A DNA stretch of 64,000 nucleotides, taken from contig NW_027117344.1 of assembly GCF_038025025.1 (NCBI RefSeq), positions 1,488,001 through 1,552,000 of the forward strand, written 5' to 3'. Shown piece after piece: positions 48,021-59,782 of this stretch. This DNA is from Phyllosticta citribraziliensis (taxonomy: Eukaryota). Both the position numbers and the translations under genes were made by a program. The notes under the pieces are model-generated. The model was not told the origin of the DNA. It was given only the letters and a program-made list of their open reading frames with translations, and searched no databases. Within the stretch, counting starts at the first letter, position 1. Each line of letters starts with the position of its first letter.

Positions 48021-48128
48021 GGGATCAGAATATGTAAGAATTGAATATCATGGCTCCAAAGCCGTTGAGAGGCGCCGGCGAGCGCCTCCGGTCTTTGAAG
48101 TCAATCGCAAATTATAACATCATGTAGA
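48021..48128 (-). ncRNA. snR87: Box C/D snoRNA, snR87/U16-like (18S Am436-equivalent) plus second LSU guide
   Basis: C ATGATGT 48123-48117; D' guide TAATTTGCG 48114-48106 (18S CGCAAAUUA); D' TTGA; long internal hairpin 48100-48054; C' ATGATA; D guide TTCTTACATATT 48040-48029; D CTGA 48028-48025. Confidence 0.82.
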
Positions 48129-48513
48129 TGCAAAGAAGGGAGAGGCGGAGTTTCGTACCTTCATGTTGTTGGCAGGTGTGTTGTCGCGACAGTCGAGGTC
48201 GATGTAGGAGAAAAAGTTGGGCGAAGTTGTTTCGGTCGGCGGAAAGATATGTCGGCGGGCGGTTCGCTAGCGCGACGCGCTAACGAAGGATTAGGCATAG
48301 CGTCATTCGGCGAAGCGAGACCACACTCAGAGGGAGAATCCCACGCGGAGCATTCAAGCGACGACGACTTGACACGACCTCAACTAACGACAGAAACCCC
48401 GACCCCGTAGCACAGTACGTCCGCTCCATCCACGACGCTGCTCTGAATCAGCAAGCTCGCTACACCTCCAAGAACCGCAAACTCACACCACCTCGCCAGG
48501 CACATCAATCGCA

Positions 48514-49171
48514 ATGGGTGACGCAGAGGTCAAGGCATCGCAGTGGAGACTCGTCGAGGTCGGCCGTGTTGTGCTCTTCGCAACCGGCCAGTACGAGGGC
48601 AAGCTTGCCACGATCGTTGAGATCATCGACCACAAGCGCGTATGTTGAACCTCCGTCCACACGCCGCGGCGGCAACACCAGCAGGAATCGCGAACTCACT
48701 ATCAACAGGTCCTCGTCCACGGCCCCGCCTCCACCGAGGACAAGTCCGTCCCTCGCCACGCTGTCGCTCTTTCCCACCTGTCCCTCACCCCGATCGTCAT
48801 CCCCAAGCTTCCCCGTGCTGCTGGCAACGGTGTCGTCCGCAAGGCCTGGGAGGCCGCTGAGGTCGAGAAGAAGTTCTCCGAGAGCGCGTGGGCCAAGAAC
48901 AAGGACAGAATCGCCAAGCGCCGGGCGCTCAACGACTTCGAGCGCTTCAAGGTCATGAGGCTGAGGAAGCAGGTGTGTGAACCCCCCGGATTCTTATGGC
49001 GGGAAACAACGCGACTTGATGTGCAGAGAGTTGGAGGCTATCTTAGCCGCTGGTTTTTGGAAACATTTGGCGCGCGGGGTTTACGTTTGGAAAATGCTAA
49101 CGGATGCTTTGCAGGCTCGCTACGAGGTCCAGAAGAACTTCGCCAAGGTTCGCGCTGCCGCCAAGGCTTAA
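48514..49171 (+). CDS. RPL14: 60S ribosomal protein L14 (eL14)
   Basis: [30 protein letters not shown] and [20 protein letters not shown]. Introns 48640-48708 and 48973-49114; 5'-UTR intron 48415-48499. Confidence 0.97.
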
Positions 49172-50613
49172 GAGGGTCATTCTGCTGTTGGGGGTTTCTT
49201 ACGGACGGGTCGCTTACGGCATACCATGGAGAAGGTCTTGCTTTGAACATGGCCGGATTGACGGCAATTTCTCCACCAGAGAATCCTATGGACACGATTC
49301 AAAAATTCATGTACCAATGGTTCTCAAAATCCATCAAATCGGAAACAAGGGCGTTTTGAGGGATCGCGAAATGGTGCCATGCTCAAAAGTGCAGTTTGCA
49401 AGGTTGTTATGGTTCCTGGCCAGACTCACTCAATACCCACTATCCCGCCGCGTTCCTCTGCTTCGCTCGCAAAACCTCCGGCTCTTCATGCGCACTTTCC
49501 AGAGATCAACTGCGGTTGTGGACCCTGAGACTAAGTCCCAAATACGCCAACTTGCAGCGTCACAGACGTCATTCCCGAATTACCAAAAGATATCGAGAAG
49601 TCCTGGTGTTGCCCGCCTCTGGTCATCCTGCTTCTCATCCTTTGTTTTAATGTTTATTCTCTCTTACTTACAATCGCGGGAGTAGTCCGAGTGCATGCAT
49701 CATAACCTGTTCTTACCGCTGAACACCTGATGGATCCCCAGCTTTCCCACATTGGAGTCATGCCTTTCTCAGTGCAAGTTACGTGCTCTCATTGGCCCAC
49801 GCCGTATCCGGTTGTGGTAGCTGCTACAGGATCCAATAATATATGTGCCCATCTCCCGCTCCTCCTGCTACACGAAGCCCTCGTTTAATGAAACCTACAT
49901 CTTGTAGCATGAAAGGGAAACGTACGTTGTGCTCGCCTGGGTCTCCACGTTCGTGCATGGGCCTGTGCGGAGGATGCATTTTAATATGCTGCTGCAAATA
50001 CTACATCTATCCTAACAGAGTAGGACACAACCGGCACGGCAGGGAGCACTCAGACTAGTGGAATGCTTCAATTCACTCTTTCCCAGTATCTGCTGGAAAT
50101 GCGAATTCTGGAATATAGCAGTGCTTCCGTCGTCCCTAATGCGTGAGGAATAGTCACGGCATGGACGACTAAAATTTAAATCTAAAGGCCTGTCATATTT
50201 TACTTGTGCATATACGCTTGCATCTTGCAACTGTACTCTGATCCATCCATCCGTCTTTAACGGACTGTCTTCGAGCGGTGCGCGTCTGGTGCATGTAGCT
50301 AGTGAGGGGGTTCCTTGCTTAGTCGGTGTTTTACCATGTTGCGCTGGGCAGTGCGAGACAGCGAGGATAAAAGATAACAACATTTCTGCATTTATTTTTT
50401 CACTATGAGGTGAATTATTTATTGCAATGTAGTCGAGCGTGCAATGCGGCAGGCATTTGAATGTGGTGCTGAGAGTTGAGGCTCATACCATCCAACGCCG
50501 GCTCGCTTGCGCAGGACCGCGCACAGATTTCGAAAACCGCCCGCAGCTGTCAACCCACGTTCTGGTGACGCCGCGACATCCACAGCTCCACCGTCCACAC
50601 CACACACGCCAAA

Positions 50614-51450
50614 ATGTCCAACCCCCGCGTCGAAGAGCTCCCCGACGAGCCCGAGAAGAAGACCAGCCCCGAGGTCGCCGACGATGACTCCAGCTCCGAG
50701 TCTGGCGATGAGGTTGCCGGTGACGCCAGCATCCCCGCGGGCGCCCAGGTCACCGTCCACTCGCGCAACGAGAAGAAGGCTCGCAAGGCCATCGCGAAGC
50801 TCGGCCTGAAGCACATTGAGGGAATCACCCGCGTTACTCTGAGGAGGCCCAAGAACGTGAGTCTGGAACAGCGGAGCAAGGAAGCTATGGGCGCAGTCGG
50901 CAAACAGCCTTGGAGGACAAGCTGGGATGAATTGATTCATCTGCGAGCCAGTCTTGCGCTCCATTGACTTCCCCGCTCCTGCGTATTTTCAATGAGGGAA
51001 CCTGAGCAATTTCTGACCGGGTTTCGTAGATCCTCTTCGTCATCAACAACCCTGACGTCTACAAGTCGCCTAACAGCAACACCTGGATGTAAGCTTTGTT
51101 CTTTGGCTACCTGCTTTACACGTCACTGATTCAAATGTAGCATCTTCGGTGAGGCCAAGATTGAGGACCTGAACGCCGCTGCCCAGGCTTCCGCCGCTCA
51201 GCAGCTCGCTCAGGCCGAGGCCGCCGAGAGCCACGAGGGTCACGACCACGGCAAGGGCAAGGCTCCCGCTGTCGACGACAAGAAGGAGGAGGAAGAGGAT
51301 GACGGCGAGGAGGTCGACGAGTCTGGCGTCGAGGCCAAGGACATTGAGCTTGTGATGGCGCAGGCCAGCGTGTCGAGGAAGAAGGCCGTCAAGGCCCTCA
51401 AGGAGAACGACAACGACATTGTCAACTCCATCATGGCCCTCAGCATATAA
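50614..51450 (+). CDS. EGD2: Nascent polypeptide-associated complex subunit alpha
   Basis: [56 protein letters not shown] and UBA-like [37 protein letters not shown]. Introns 50857-51029 and 51089-51140. Confidence 0.97.
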
Positions 51451-51955
51451 GTGCGGCCGCACTTGGCTTGAGGTCGTGAGCCAGTACTCCTCGTGCGTGG
51501 ATTCGGACGGAGGACGGGTCGGCATGCACATGTAAAAGATTCCTAGGAGGACATGAGGCAAAAGACTGGTGCCAGGACCATTGCTTTCACGGCGCCATGA
51601 CACAATTCAAAAGAATCCTTCCCGTTAATCTGACACCCTGGACCGGAGTTGCTCCAATCCCTGTGTTGATGCTGTCGATAATGCCTTTCCTGACTTTTTT
51701 GCCGCCTTTGACAAGGTCAATTGGTGATACTGGAGTCGTTGTCATACTCGTGAATGCAAAGTACTGCGCTATACCAGAGAGTTTAACTTGTCTAACGTGC
51801 CAGAGCTTGCGTTAGTGGTTCCGGTTCTGCCAACATTTGCGTCACGTGGTTATCTCGGATGCTGGCCCGAGCGTTTGTGAGAGCTTCAACGCAGGGCCGA
51901 CTTCACCAAGCAGTTTCCGCCCATCTCCACTCCATTTACAGCCCCAACCATCACA

Positions 51956-52743
51956 ATGTCCGTCGGAGTACGTCAAATCCCTTCTCGACTCCCGCCCGAT
52001 CCCATCCCGATAGGTGGAGGCGGAGGATTCTCCAAGTGGCCCCAGCATTGGTTCACGAGCAGCACCGGCTGACCCTCCTCTCTTTCCAGCGCAGCGCTTC
52101 CCTCAAGATTGACTGGACCCGCCTGGGTGCCCAGCTCGGCCTGCGCGGCAACACGGCCAACTCGCTCGTGGCCTTCAAGAAGCGCAACGACGACGCCCGC
52201 CGCAAGCTGCAAGCCCTCGGCGAGCAGCCCCAACAGGTCGACTTCGCCTACTACCGCTCCGTCCTCAAGAATACGGCAATTGTCGACCAGATCGAGAAGG
52301 ACTTCAAGGCCTTCAAGCCCGCTACGTACGATGTGAACAGGCAGGTCAAGGCCATTGAGGCCTTCGAGGCGCAGGCCGTCAAGAGCGCGGAGGAGACCAA
52401 GGGCAAGGTCGAGGAGGAGCTCAAGTCCCTGCAAAAGACTCTCCAGAACATTGAGGAGGCCAGGCCTTTCGAGGACCTCACCGTCGTACGTCCAGCCTGT
52501 GTCGCGGGGCAAAACATGGTTTTGGAGGGGTTGGTATCGAACGTGTTGGCTAATGACGCTCTGCTCTCCAGGACGAGGTTGCTGCCGCCCGCCCCGACGT
52601 CGACAAGCGCACCGAGCAGCTCGTTGGCAAGGGCAAGTGGGACGTCCCTGGTTACAAGGTCTGGCTTCCTATCCTCTTTCCGAGCAACCTCAGACCCGCT
52701 AACGTCATTGCAGGAGAAATTCGGCGACCTTTCCGTGCTCTAA
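51956..52743 (+). CDS. ATP7: Mitochondrial ATP synthase subunit d
   Basis: [51 protein letters not shown] and [18 protein letters not shown]. Introns 51968-52089, 52486-52571 and 52659-52713. Confidence 0.96.
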
Positions 52744-53150
52744 ATGCTTTCATCACGCTCTTCAAGCATTTTTGGCCTGGCGGGATAATACCATTGTGAA
52801 TAGGCCTTTCGGTTATCCACGCGTCAAAATAGATAGCAATCTAGATATTTTGACAAGTTCAACCCGTCTGTCGAGAAGCCTTGTCGTTCTCGCTTCCCCG
52901 CAATCGGCGTCGGTAGAATGCGGACATGGTAGGAATGCACGCCTCACGCGATCAGGAATTACAGTGATCTCAACCAGGGCTCGAATCGCTAGGTATGTGT
53001 GAAATTCCAGATTAAACGGTAATGCATTATGGCTGGCAAACAAGCCATTGCAGAGTATTTATTTTGGCAGCTTCATGCTCGCCGATATCGCAGTATGCCA
53101 GGAGTCAACATTAAACTCGGAGTACTACACCAAGGAGCTTTCACTACGCC

Positions 53151-55306
53151 TCAAGTTATCTCAAATCGGGGACCGTCGTCGTCGGAGCCCGTTTCACTGC
53201 TGCTTCTTCTGCCCTCTGCATTATCACTCCTCGGCCCGCTTCGTTTTCGACTCGGACTGCCGTTCTTTTTCCCGGATTCCAATTCTCTTGCTCCACTCTC
53301 TCTTTCGTCTCGTATCAACTCTTCCTCTTCCCCTTCTTGCCAGTGTCCCAGCTCGTTGTACTCTGCATCCATGCGGTGCATGAGCTCCTCGCCCGGCAGC
53401 AGAATACTGCGGTCAATCGCGAGCGGCAGACCTCGGTGCCGCCCGCGCAACATGACGGACATGAGGACCAGCTTGCTGCCGGTCTGAAAAGCGCCGCTCA
53501 GACTGTAATCGTCGTATGGCACACCTGTGCTCAACCCGACGGTGCCGTATGCGCTGGTGACCTCGAACAGGATCGCGAACTGGTTGAAGCCAGGCTGAGA
53601 GCTCATGAGCTTCCCCCTCTCGATGATGCTGATTAGGAACCATGCGAAGATCTGGAACCACATGTCGTATGCGAGCTGGCGGCGCAGATGGCGAGCGAGT
53701 CCGCCGCGCCCAGACGTCTCCCGCTTGTCGATTCCCAAACTGCGCTCCTCGTACGTGTTCGTCTGCCGTAGCGCCATGACGATCGGGAAGTTGGACACAT
53801 ACATGGCGATGAGGTATGCGATGAGAAGAGCAGGAGCGAGAGACGACATGAGGATGATGTACGAGCCAGATGTGCGTAGACCGAGCGCCTGGAAGAGACC
53901 GCATATGGTGCGAGTGCCCGCGGGGATCGAGTTCACCGCTGGAATGCCGAGGTTGAGCAGCTCAAACAAGATCCACATGGTAATGTCGATAATGAATTGG
54001 ATCGCGAGCAAATACCAAGTCTCGCGTGCGGGGAAGAGGTAGATGAAGCATCGGCGAGGATGGTGGAGCAGGAAAAGAAACGTCTGCCGAAGACGCGAGT
54101 TCAGGGGTACCACCTTGGACAGCAGCCAGATGGAGAAGCGCAGAAAGATGGGGAAGTGCGTGTTGCCAGCGACGGTGACGACTCCAGTTACGATGAGGAC
54201 ATAGTAGTAAGTCTGGAAGGGAATGAAGTTTGAGTTGAGAACGTTCATGCCGCCATTCGCAAAGCTCGTCACGGCTGCAAAGAACCCCCACCATCCAGGT
54301 TCGAGATCTCCTGGCTGAGAGTTTTTGAGAATGTCTTGGACGGATCGCCGATAGGCGTATGGAACGAGGAACAGTATACCGAGGGCATACCAGAAGACCT
54401 GATACACCACCAAGAGCCACAAGAGCGCGACCAAGGCACGATACTCGACGCCTCCAAGCTCTTCTCTCTCGTGCTCCTTTAGGTTTCGGAAGCGGCCTCG
54501 CTCATCCACATCGGGGTCGAAGGAGATGTACGAGCGATCTTGGGTCTTCCATTCACGCTTCAATTTTCGAAACGGATAGTGGAAAAGGCGCTCTGCAACT
54601 TGGGTCTCCCATGGCCACGGGAACGCCCCCCATCCGGCCGAATGGTGGAAATGCCGCTGGCTTTCGTCCTTCTTTTGAGCTCCTTGAATCTGAGGACGGT
54701 TCTGGTCTTTTGGAGGGCGTCGAACATTCTGGGGGCGTCTGTTTCTGACTTGGTTCCTGGCGTCTCGAGTCGCGGATTCCTCTTGCTCCAGGTCCTCCAC
54801 TACCCTGCGGAATGATTTGGAGTTTTGCACGATGTCTGCAAGCTTTCGACAGAAGTAGTGCCGTCGTATCACGACCACGAAAAATGATACAAAGGGGATG
54901 TTGCCGATGATCAGCAATATGCAGAGAACGGCTTGTTGGAACCCCGTGAGCGAGCCCAGATTGACCGTATTGAGGCCTGGGGAGAGCGTCAACTTTTCTG
55001 CTGTTCGATGGGATTGAGAGACATACCAGTGGTTGTCATGGCGGAGCAGCACAGGTAGAGAGCATCAATGTACCTCAGTTGTGACCCATTGATCTGATGC
55101 GGGTCGTTTGCCAGTCCTTCGCCATATACGATCAAGGAACTGATGAAAATAACAACGACAAAATAGGACATGTGAAGACGGTAGAAGTTGACGTGAAAGA
55201 TTTCATCTTTGACATAGTGCCAAAAATGCTGCTTTGGTCCATGACCATGGCTGTGGTCGTTCTGTGGTGGTTCCGGCATTCTGAGGTACGTCCGAGTCGA
55301 CGGCAT
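53151..55306 (-). CDS. TRK/HKT-family potassium (cation) transporter
   Basis: NFYRLHMSYF, SAMTTT|GLNTV (intron 55026-54977), ELGGVEYRAL, SFANGG, FEVTSAYGTVGLS and RGRHRGLPLAIDRSILLP. Confidence 0.93.
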
Positions 55307-56120
55307 ATTCGTCAACGCAACAGTAGCGCGCAGCCCTGGTTGTTGGACAACATCGAAGAAGCTTCCTTTGCAAGACCTTAAGCCTCGCAAATCATGCTGA
55401 TCAAGTGTCCGGGGGTGAAGACACGATGATCTTACGCCGAAAGTGATTCCCCGGTGGGAGCCCGAGAGGTGACCAGGGGGAGCAGGCCGCGTACGAGGGT
55501 GACATCACTCGACAACCTTGCCCAAAAGGGGAAAGCGCGCATATCAATCCGGTTTGCCAACCACCTTTCTTTATCGTCCAGGTATCAACTTCTTGGTCCC
55601 TGAGCGGGAAGCCTCACGCAACGCTGACAAATGCTTGCCGGATATCCGTGGTCTAATCACTCCTGTTGGCCAGGCCAGGCCCCACCACGAACCCTTGAGA
55701 GACCCTGATGCCATGGTTCCGAGATTCCACTGGGGATGTCAATTTGAAGTAACACTATTGAGAGGACGAAGTCACCTTGCCGCGAACATGTCTGAGAAGC
55801 TGAAGATGGGCTTTTTTTCAACCAAGAAAGTGATTCATACTCTCTTGATTATGGGATACTGTCGCCAGCATGACGATTTTTCAATTCGTTCGAAGGCAGG
55901 ATTCACGTTGAGAAAGGGTATCAAGGCATTTGGTGCTGTTTGTTTTTATTTCTCAATTCCATTTCTATCAAGAGACTACGGTAATCAATCCCCTGGCAAG
56001 TTCGGTGACTTGAGGGACTAATTATTGATGTAGAAAACTTACCTTCTCCATTCCTGGCCCCAATCTGTCAAGTGACAGTCTGTACACTCAAGAGATCCAC
56101 ACCACACCATCAAGAAGTAA

Positions 56121-57371
56121 CTAGGGAAAGCAGCACCAGGCCTTGACAAGGTACTTGGCCTCAGCCGAGAGAGAGCCCTTGCGCTTGCGCCGGATGGTAT
56201 GAGTCTCAGGCTCCAGCCACTGCGGTGACTTAGCCTTCTTGGCCTCCTTCTTCTCCTTCTTCTCCTCTTCCTTGTCTTCTTTCGTCTTCGGGGTCCCATA
56301 GAACTCGTAGTACTTGACATTCCTCCCGCTGGTATCCAACCAGCCACGAGAGGAATTCTCGTCGTCTTTCTTCTCCTGGGACTTTCCCTGAGCTGCACCC
56401 TGGGCGGAGCTCTCTCCAGCATTGCTAGGATCGCTCGAGTCGTCATAATCCTCAAGGTCACCGCGGTCGCGGGCAGCATCCCAGGACCAGCGACCGCGCA
56501 CGTAGTGCCTCCTCTCGGCGCGGTAAAAGTTACGACGGGGCCTGGCAGCACCCACGCCGTCGACGGGTGGCGGAAGCGAGCCTATGCTGACCCTACTTAC
56601 CGAGCTTACCACACTGGCAGCATCATCGGACTGCACACCAACCTCGCCGGACCTGGAGGGTTCAGTAAAGGAGACAGTCGCCGCGGTGGCAGGCTTGCCA
56701 CTGGATTGCTTCCTCCTGCTCTTTTCATTCAGCGCAGCGAGGAACTTTTCGCGTGCGATGACCTCCCGGGCGTAACTCTTGGACATGGTCTGGGTAAGGG
56801 GGCTCCTTACCAGGCGCTGACCCTCGATAGCAATACTCTTGTACTGGTCCAGCTTTGACGCAGCCGCGCCGCACCTGTCACAAAGCATGGCGACTGGGTC
56901 GTCCGTTGCGTAAACCTCGAGGTTGTGGATTGTGTTCTTGACAACGGCCTGCTCATTCGTGATGTTAGATGGACGGTCGATCTTCCTGAGGTAGGACTTT
57001 TTGACCGGGCGCCCGCATCGTGCGCAGTGCTTGGTGTCCTTGGTTGGCTTCCTGTCCTCAGACGAGGCGGTGTCAGTGCGATCCTTAGCCTTATCCTTCT
57101 TGAGGATAGATTTGGGGGGCTGGCCCGCTCTCTGCTTGCCTTTGTCTACTGCAGCGACCGGCGCTGGCGAATCGCCCGAAGACGAGGCTCCAGATCCATC
57201 TTCAGAGCTCGAATTCTCACCATCCGACTCACCTTGGCTTGATACGTCATCCTCATCATCTGAGGAAGAGCTCGCGGATCCTTCCACAGGCTCACCTGTC
57301 TCGCTCGATGTGTCGGAGGAGTCCCCGACTTCCGTCACCTGGAGCTCAATATCCTCTGGAGGGGACGCCAT
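56121..57371 (-). CDS. Hypothetical protein, acidic Ser-rich N-terminus, two CxxC pairs
   Basis: 416-aa ORF with coding-like composition; CARC and CDRC motifs; no family recognised. Confidence 0.65.
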   Translation of the reverse strand: MASPPEDIELQVTEVGDSSDTSSETGEPVEGSASSSSDDEDDVSSQGESDGENSSSEDGSGASSSGDSPAPVAAVDKGKQRAGQPPKSILKKDKAKDRTDTASSEDRKPTKDTKHCARCGRPVKKSYLRKIDRPSNITNEQAVVKNTIHNLEVYATDDPVAMLCDRCGAAASKLDQYKSIAIEGQRLVRSPLTQTMSKSYAREVIAREKFLAALNEKSRRKQSSGKPATAATVSFTEPSRSGEVGVQSDDAASVVSSVSRVSIGSLPPPVDGVGAARPRRNFYRAERRHYVRGRWSWDAARDRGDLEDYDDSSDPSNAGESSAQGAAQGKSQEKKDDENSSRGWLDTSGRNVKYYEFYGTPKTKEDKEEEKKEKKEAKKAKSPQWLEPETHTIRRKRKGSLSAEAKYLVKAWCCFP

Positions 57372-58393
57372 CGTTTTGGCTGGCTTACCTGGTTCTCTCG
57401 TCGTGGAGGTAGATCGTGTCGTGGAATCCTTTGCTCTTCCTTAGTCCCTGGTCTTGGATATTAGAAAAGTCTTGCGAGTGAAAGGGGGATGATATGGGGG
57501 TCCTTTAGTAACTTATAGGCGGACTGGATGGTGAACAAAGGCATTGCGTGGGAACAAAGAATGCTGCGGCTGCGCGGCTTTGGCGTCCCGCGAGAACAGA
57601 TAATTCGTCTTGTGGAACAATGTGGTCAAGATTACTGGAGGATGGCGGGTCTAAGGCCGGTCAACAATGGAAGAACAATGTGACTTTGTCTTTCGAATAT
57701 CGTTGGTCACTCAATTCGGTCCCGTCAGGCCAGGGCGCGAATTCTTTGTGTGCAACTTCATCGCAGCGGCCTGTGTTGTCAAGCGTGCTTGATTGGGTAC
57801 TGTAGTGTTAGCCTATAGATGATCAACTTGCGCATGTATTGGCTTGATTATTTACGTCAATGCTCGAGAAGCGCTCAGAAGTGTCAGTTCAACATCATTT
57901 TCAGGTCCAGAGAAGCACCACACTAAGCTGGGCGTGGCTCCAGGTTGAGAGGAGGTTGACATGTGGTTAGACAGGAAGTCCAAGATTGAAGATTGAAATC
58001 CCTACTTTTACTTCGAATTCACTATGCCCCTGACTTCCCGATCGATCAAGTCGGGATGTTCCAAGTCTCAGGCATGCCAGCCTGCTTGAAGTGTACTGGG
58101 CTGTTGGCACCTTTCCTTGGGCTAACGTATCCCGTGGTCCCATGGGCACCATTCTGGCGGTAAGCGCGTCTGTGTCCACTACTGGCTCCGCTCCGGTATT
58201 CCCGCTGCATGTCCCGTGTGGGAGATCACCTCCTCGTCTGGATTTTGCTGTTGATGGAAATCTGAAAAGAGCAATTCGATCGATTGCTCAATGTGAGCGG
58301 CGCATTTCATTGACCCGAGGTCAAAATGGGAAGCAGCTCAAATGTCGGTGGCGGTCGAGTTGCACACCAGAGCTTAGTCCTCGTTTCTGTTCT

Positions 58394-59540
58394 TCATTTT
58401 TCAACCTTTTCGAGCGCCTCCAAGACCTCTTCGGCAACTCCACCCACTCGTGTGGCCTCCTTGATAGCTCTTGCAATGAGGCTTCTCTTAATGCCTCCAC
58501 GTGGCGGTGTCCACACTCCCGGTATTTGCATACTTTCTCTAAGAGCAATGGCCTCCGCGCTCGAAGTAGGAGCGACGCCTCCAGTAGCGCTGTTCAAGGC
58601 ATTCGGGATACCAGGAGGCGTCAGACGCGACGGTGGGTCTATGCTTCCTATGGCAAGCACGCGAAGAGATGGTGATTTTGAAGAACCTCTTACCTCGCCT
58701 ATCGAAATGGCCATGACTGCTTCGGCAACTGCTAGTTCTTCCTTGCTGGGATCGAAGACCATGTTCGGGCCAACCGAAACTACGAGCAAGGTTATGGGAG
58801 GTCGGTTGATGGCGCCGGGTCCAGATCGCGGGTAGAGGAGGGTAGCAGCAGCCCAGTCATCGTCAAAGAGAGGGTCTTCGTCGAGCTCGGATTTGAGGCG
58901 TGGGAGACGTGTCGAGAGGAGCGCAAGGTGGGTGGTCAGAGAGAGTAGAGGAAGCGGGTAGGAAAGCGGAGGAGAGAGGAGAAGAATCTGCGCAGAATGT
59001 TAGCTTCGTAGCTCCTTCAGACCATTTGCCAATTCTTACGTCTATGTAGAGCTTCCAGTGAAATCTCCGATTTATGAACAGACGGTCCCTCAGTTGGCCA
59101 TCGGCCAGCAGAGCCTCCGTCAGCATAGCAGCAATGAAGACTGGCAGGGGATCATCATCGCGATAGCCTGGAATTTCGACGCTCATCTCCAGCCACTTGT
59201 TCTCTCCCATGCCTCTTGATCGGCGCGCAAGCGCGTCGTCGTCTTCGGCCGCGTCGTCGTCGACCATGTCAACATCCCCGAGCTTCACGTCGTGCTGCCC
59301 AGGCCTCCACGCGCTCTTCTCGACTTCAGCTTTTGCGCCAACTACAGCCTCGGTGCCATCGGCGAAGCAGATCCTCGCGCTGCCATTTGCGCCGGGAAGG
59401 ATGTCGGTCTCGGCGATGAGCGGGCGGAATTGCGTTGGACTGCGACCGTCGGGGCGAACTGGCGGGGAGAGAGACAGTGACGAATGCAAGTAAGCAAGCT
59501 CGGCGGGCGACAGGAGTAGATGCTGGCTGGGAGGAGCCAT
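58394..59540 (-). CDS. RRP42: Exosome complex RNase PH-like subunit Rrp42
   Basis: LSPAELAYLH, RPDGRSPTQFRPL, LPGANGSAR and WKLYID|ILLLSPPLSYPLPL. Intron 59039-58988 joins in frame to the ORF ending at 58394. Confidence 0.88.
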
Positions 59541-59782
59541 GGCGGATCGGCGGGGTGGGTGTGGTGTCGTAGGAGCGGTGGTAGCTTGAATTATTTTGAG
59601 GGCTCCGCTCCAGAGAAAGCCAGCGCACAGGGCACATTGAGTTGGCAGCGAGCCGGGCAGGCGTCATCGGCCTCAAAGCATCAAATCCCCCGGCTCGGCG
59701 ACGAACAAACGAGGTCCTGTCTACGTCCGGTTCACGCAGTGGATTGCGCTGGGCGTACGAGTTGCTGCTTTTGCTGGAAAAC

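Larger units (their letters stand above)
47430..48200 (-). ncRNA. Spliced, apparently non-coding snoRNA host gene (ends approximate)
   Basis: Intron 48158-47956 (GTACGA, GCTGAC, TAG) and intron 47876-47702 (GTATGC, GCTGAC, TAG). The first ATG gives only Met-Lys-stop with the proximal acceptor. Each intron holds one C/D snoRNA. Confidence 0.75.
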
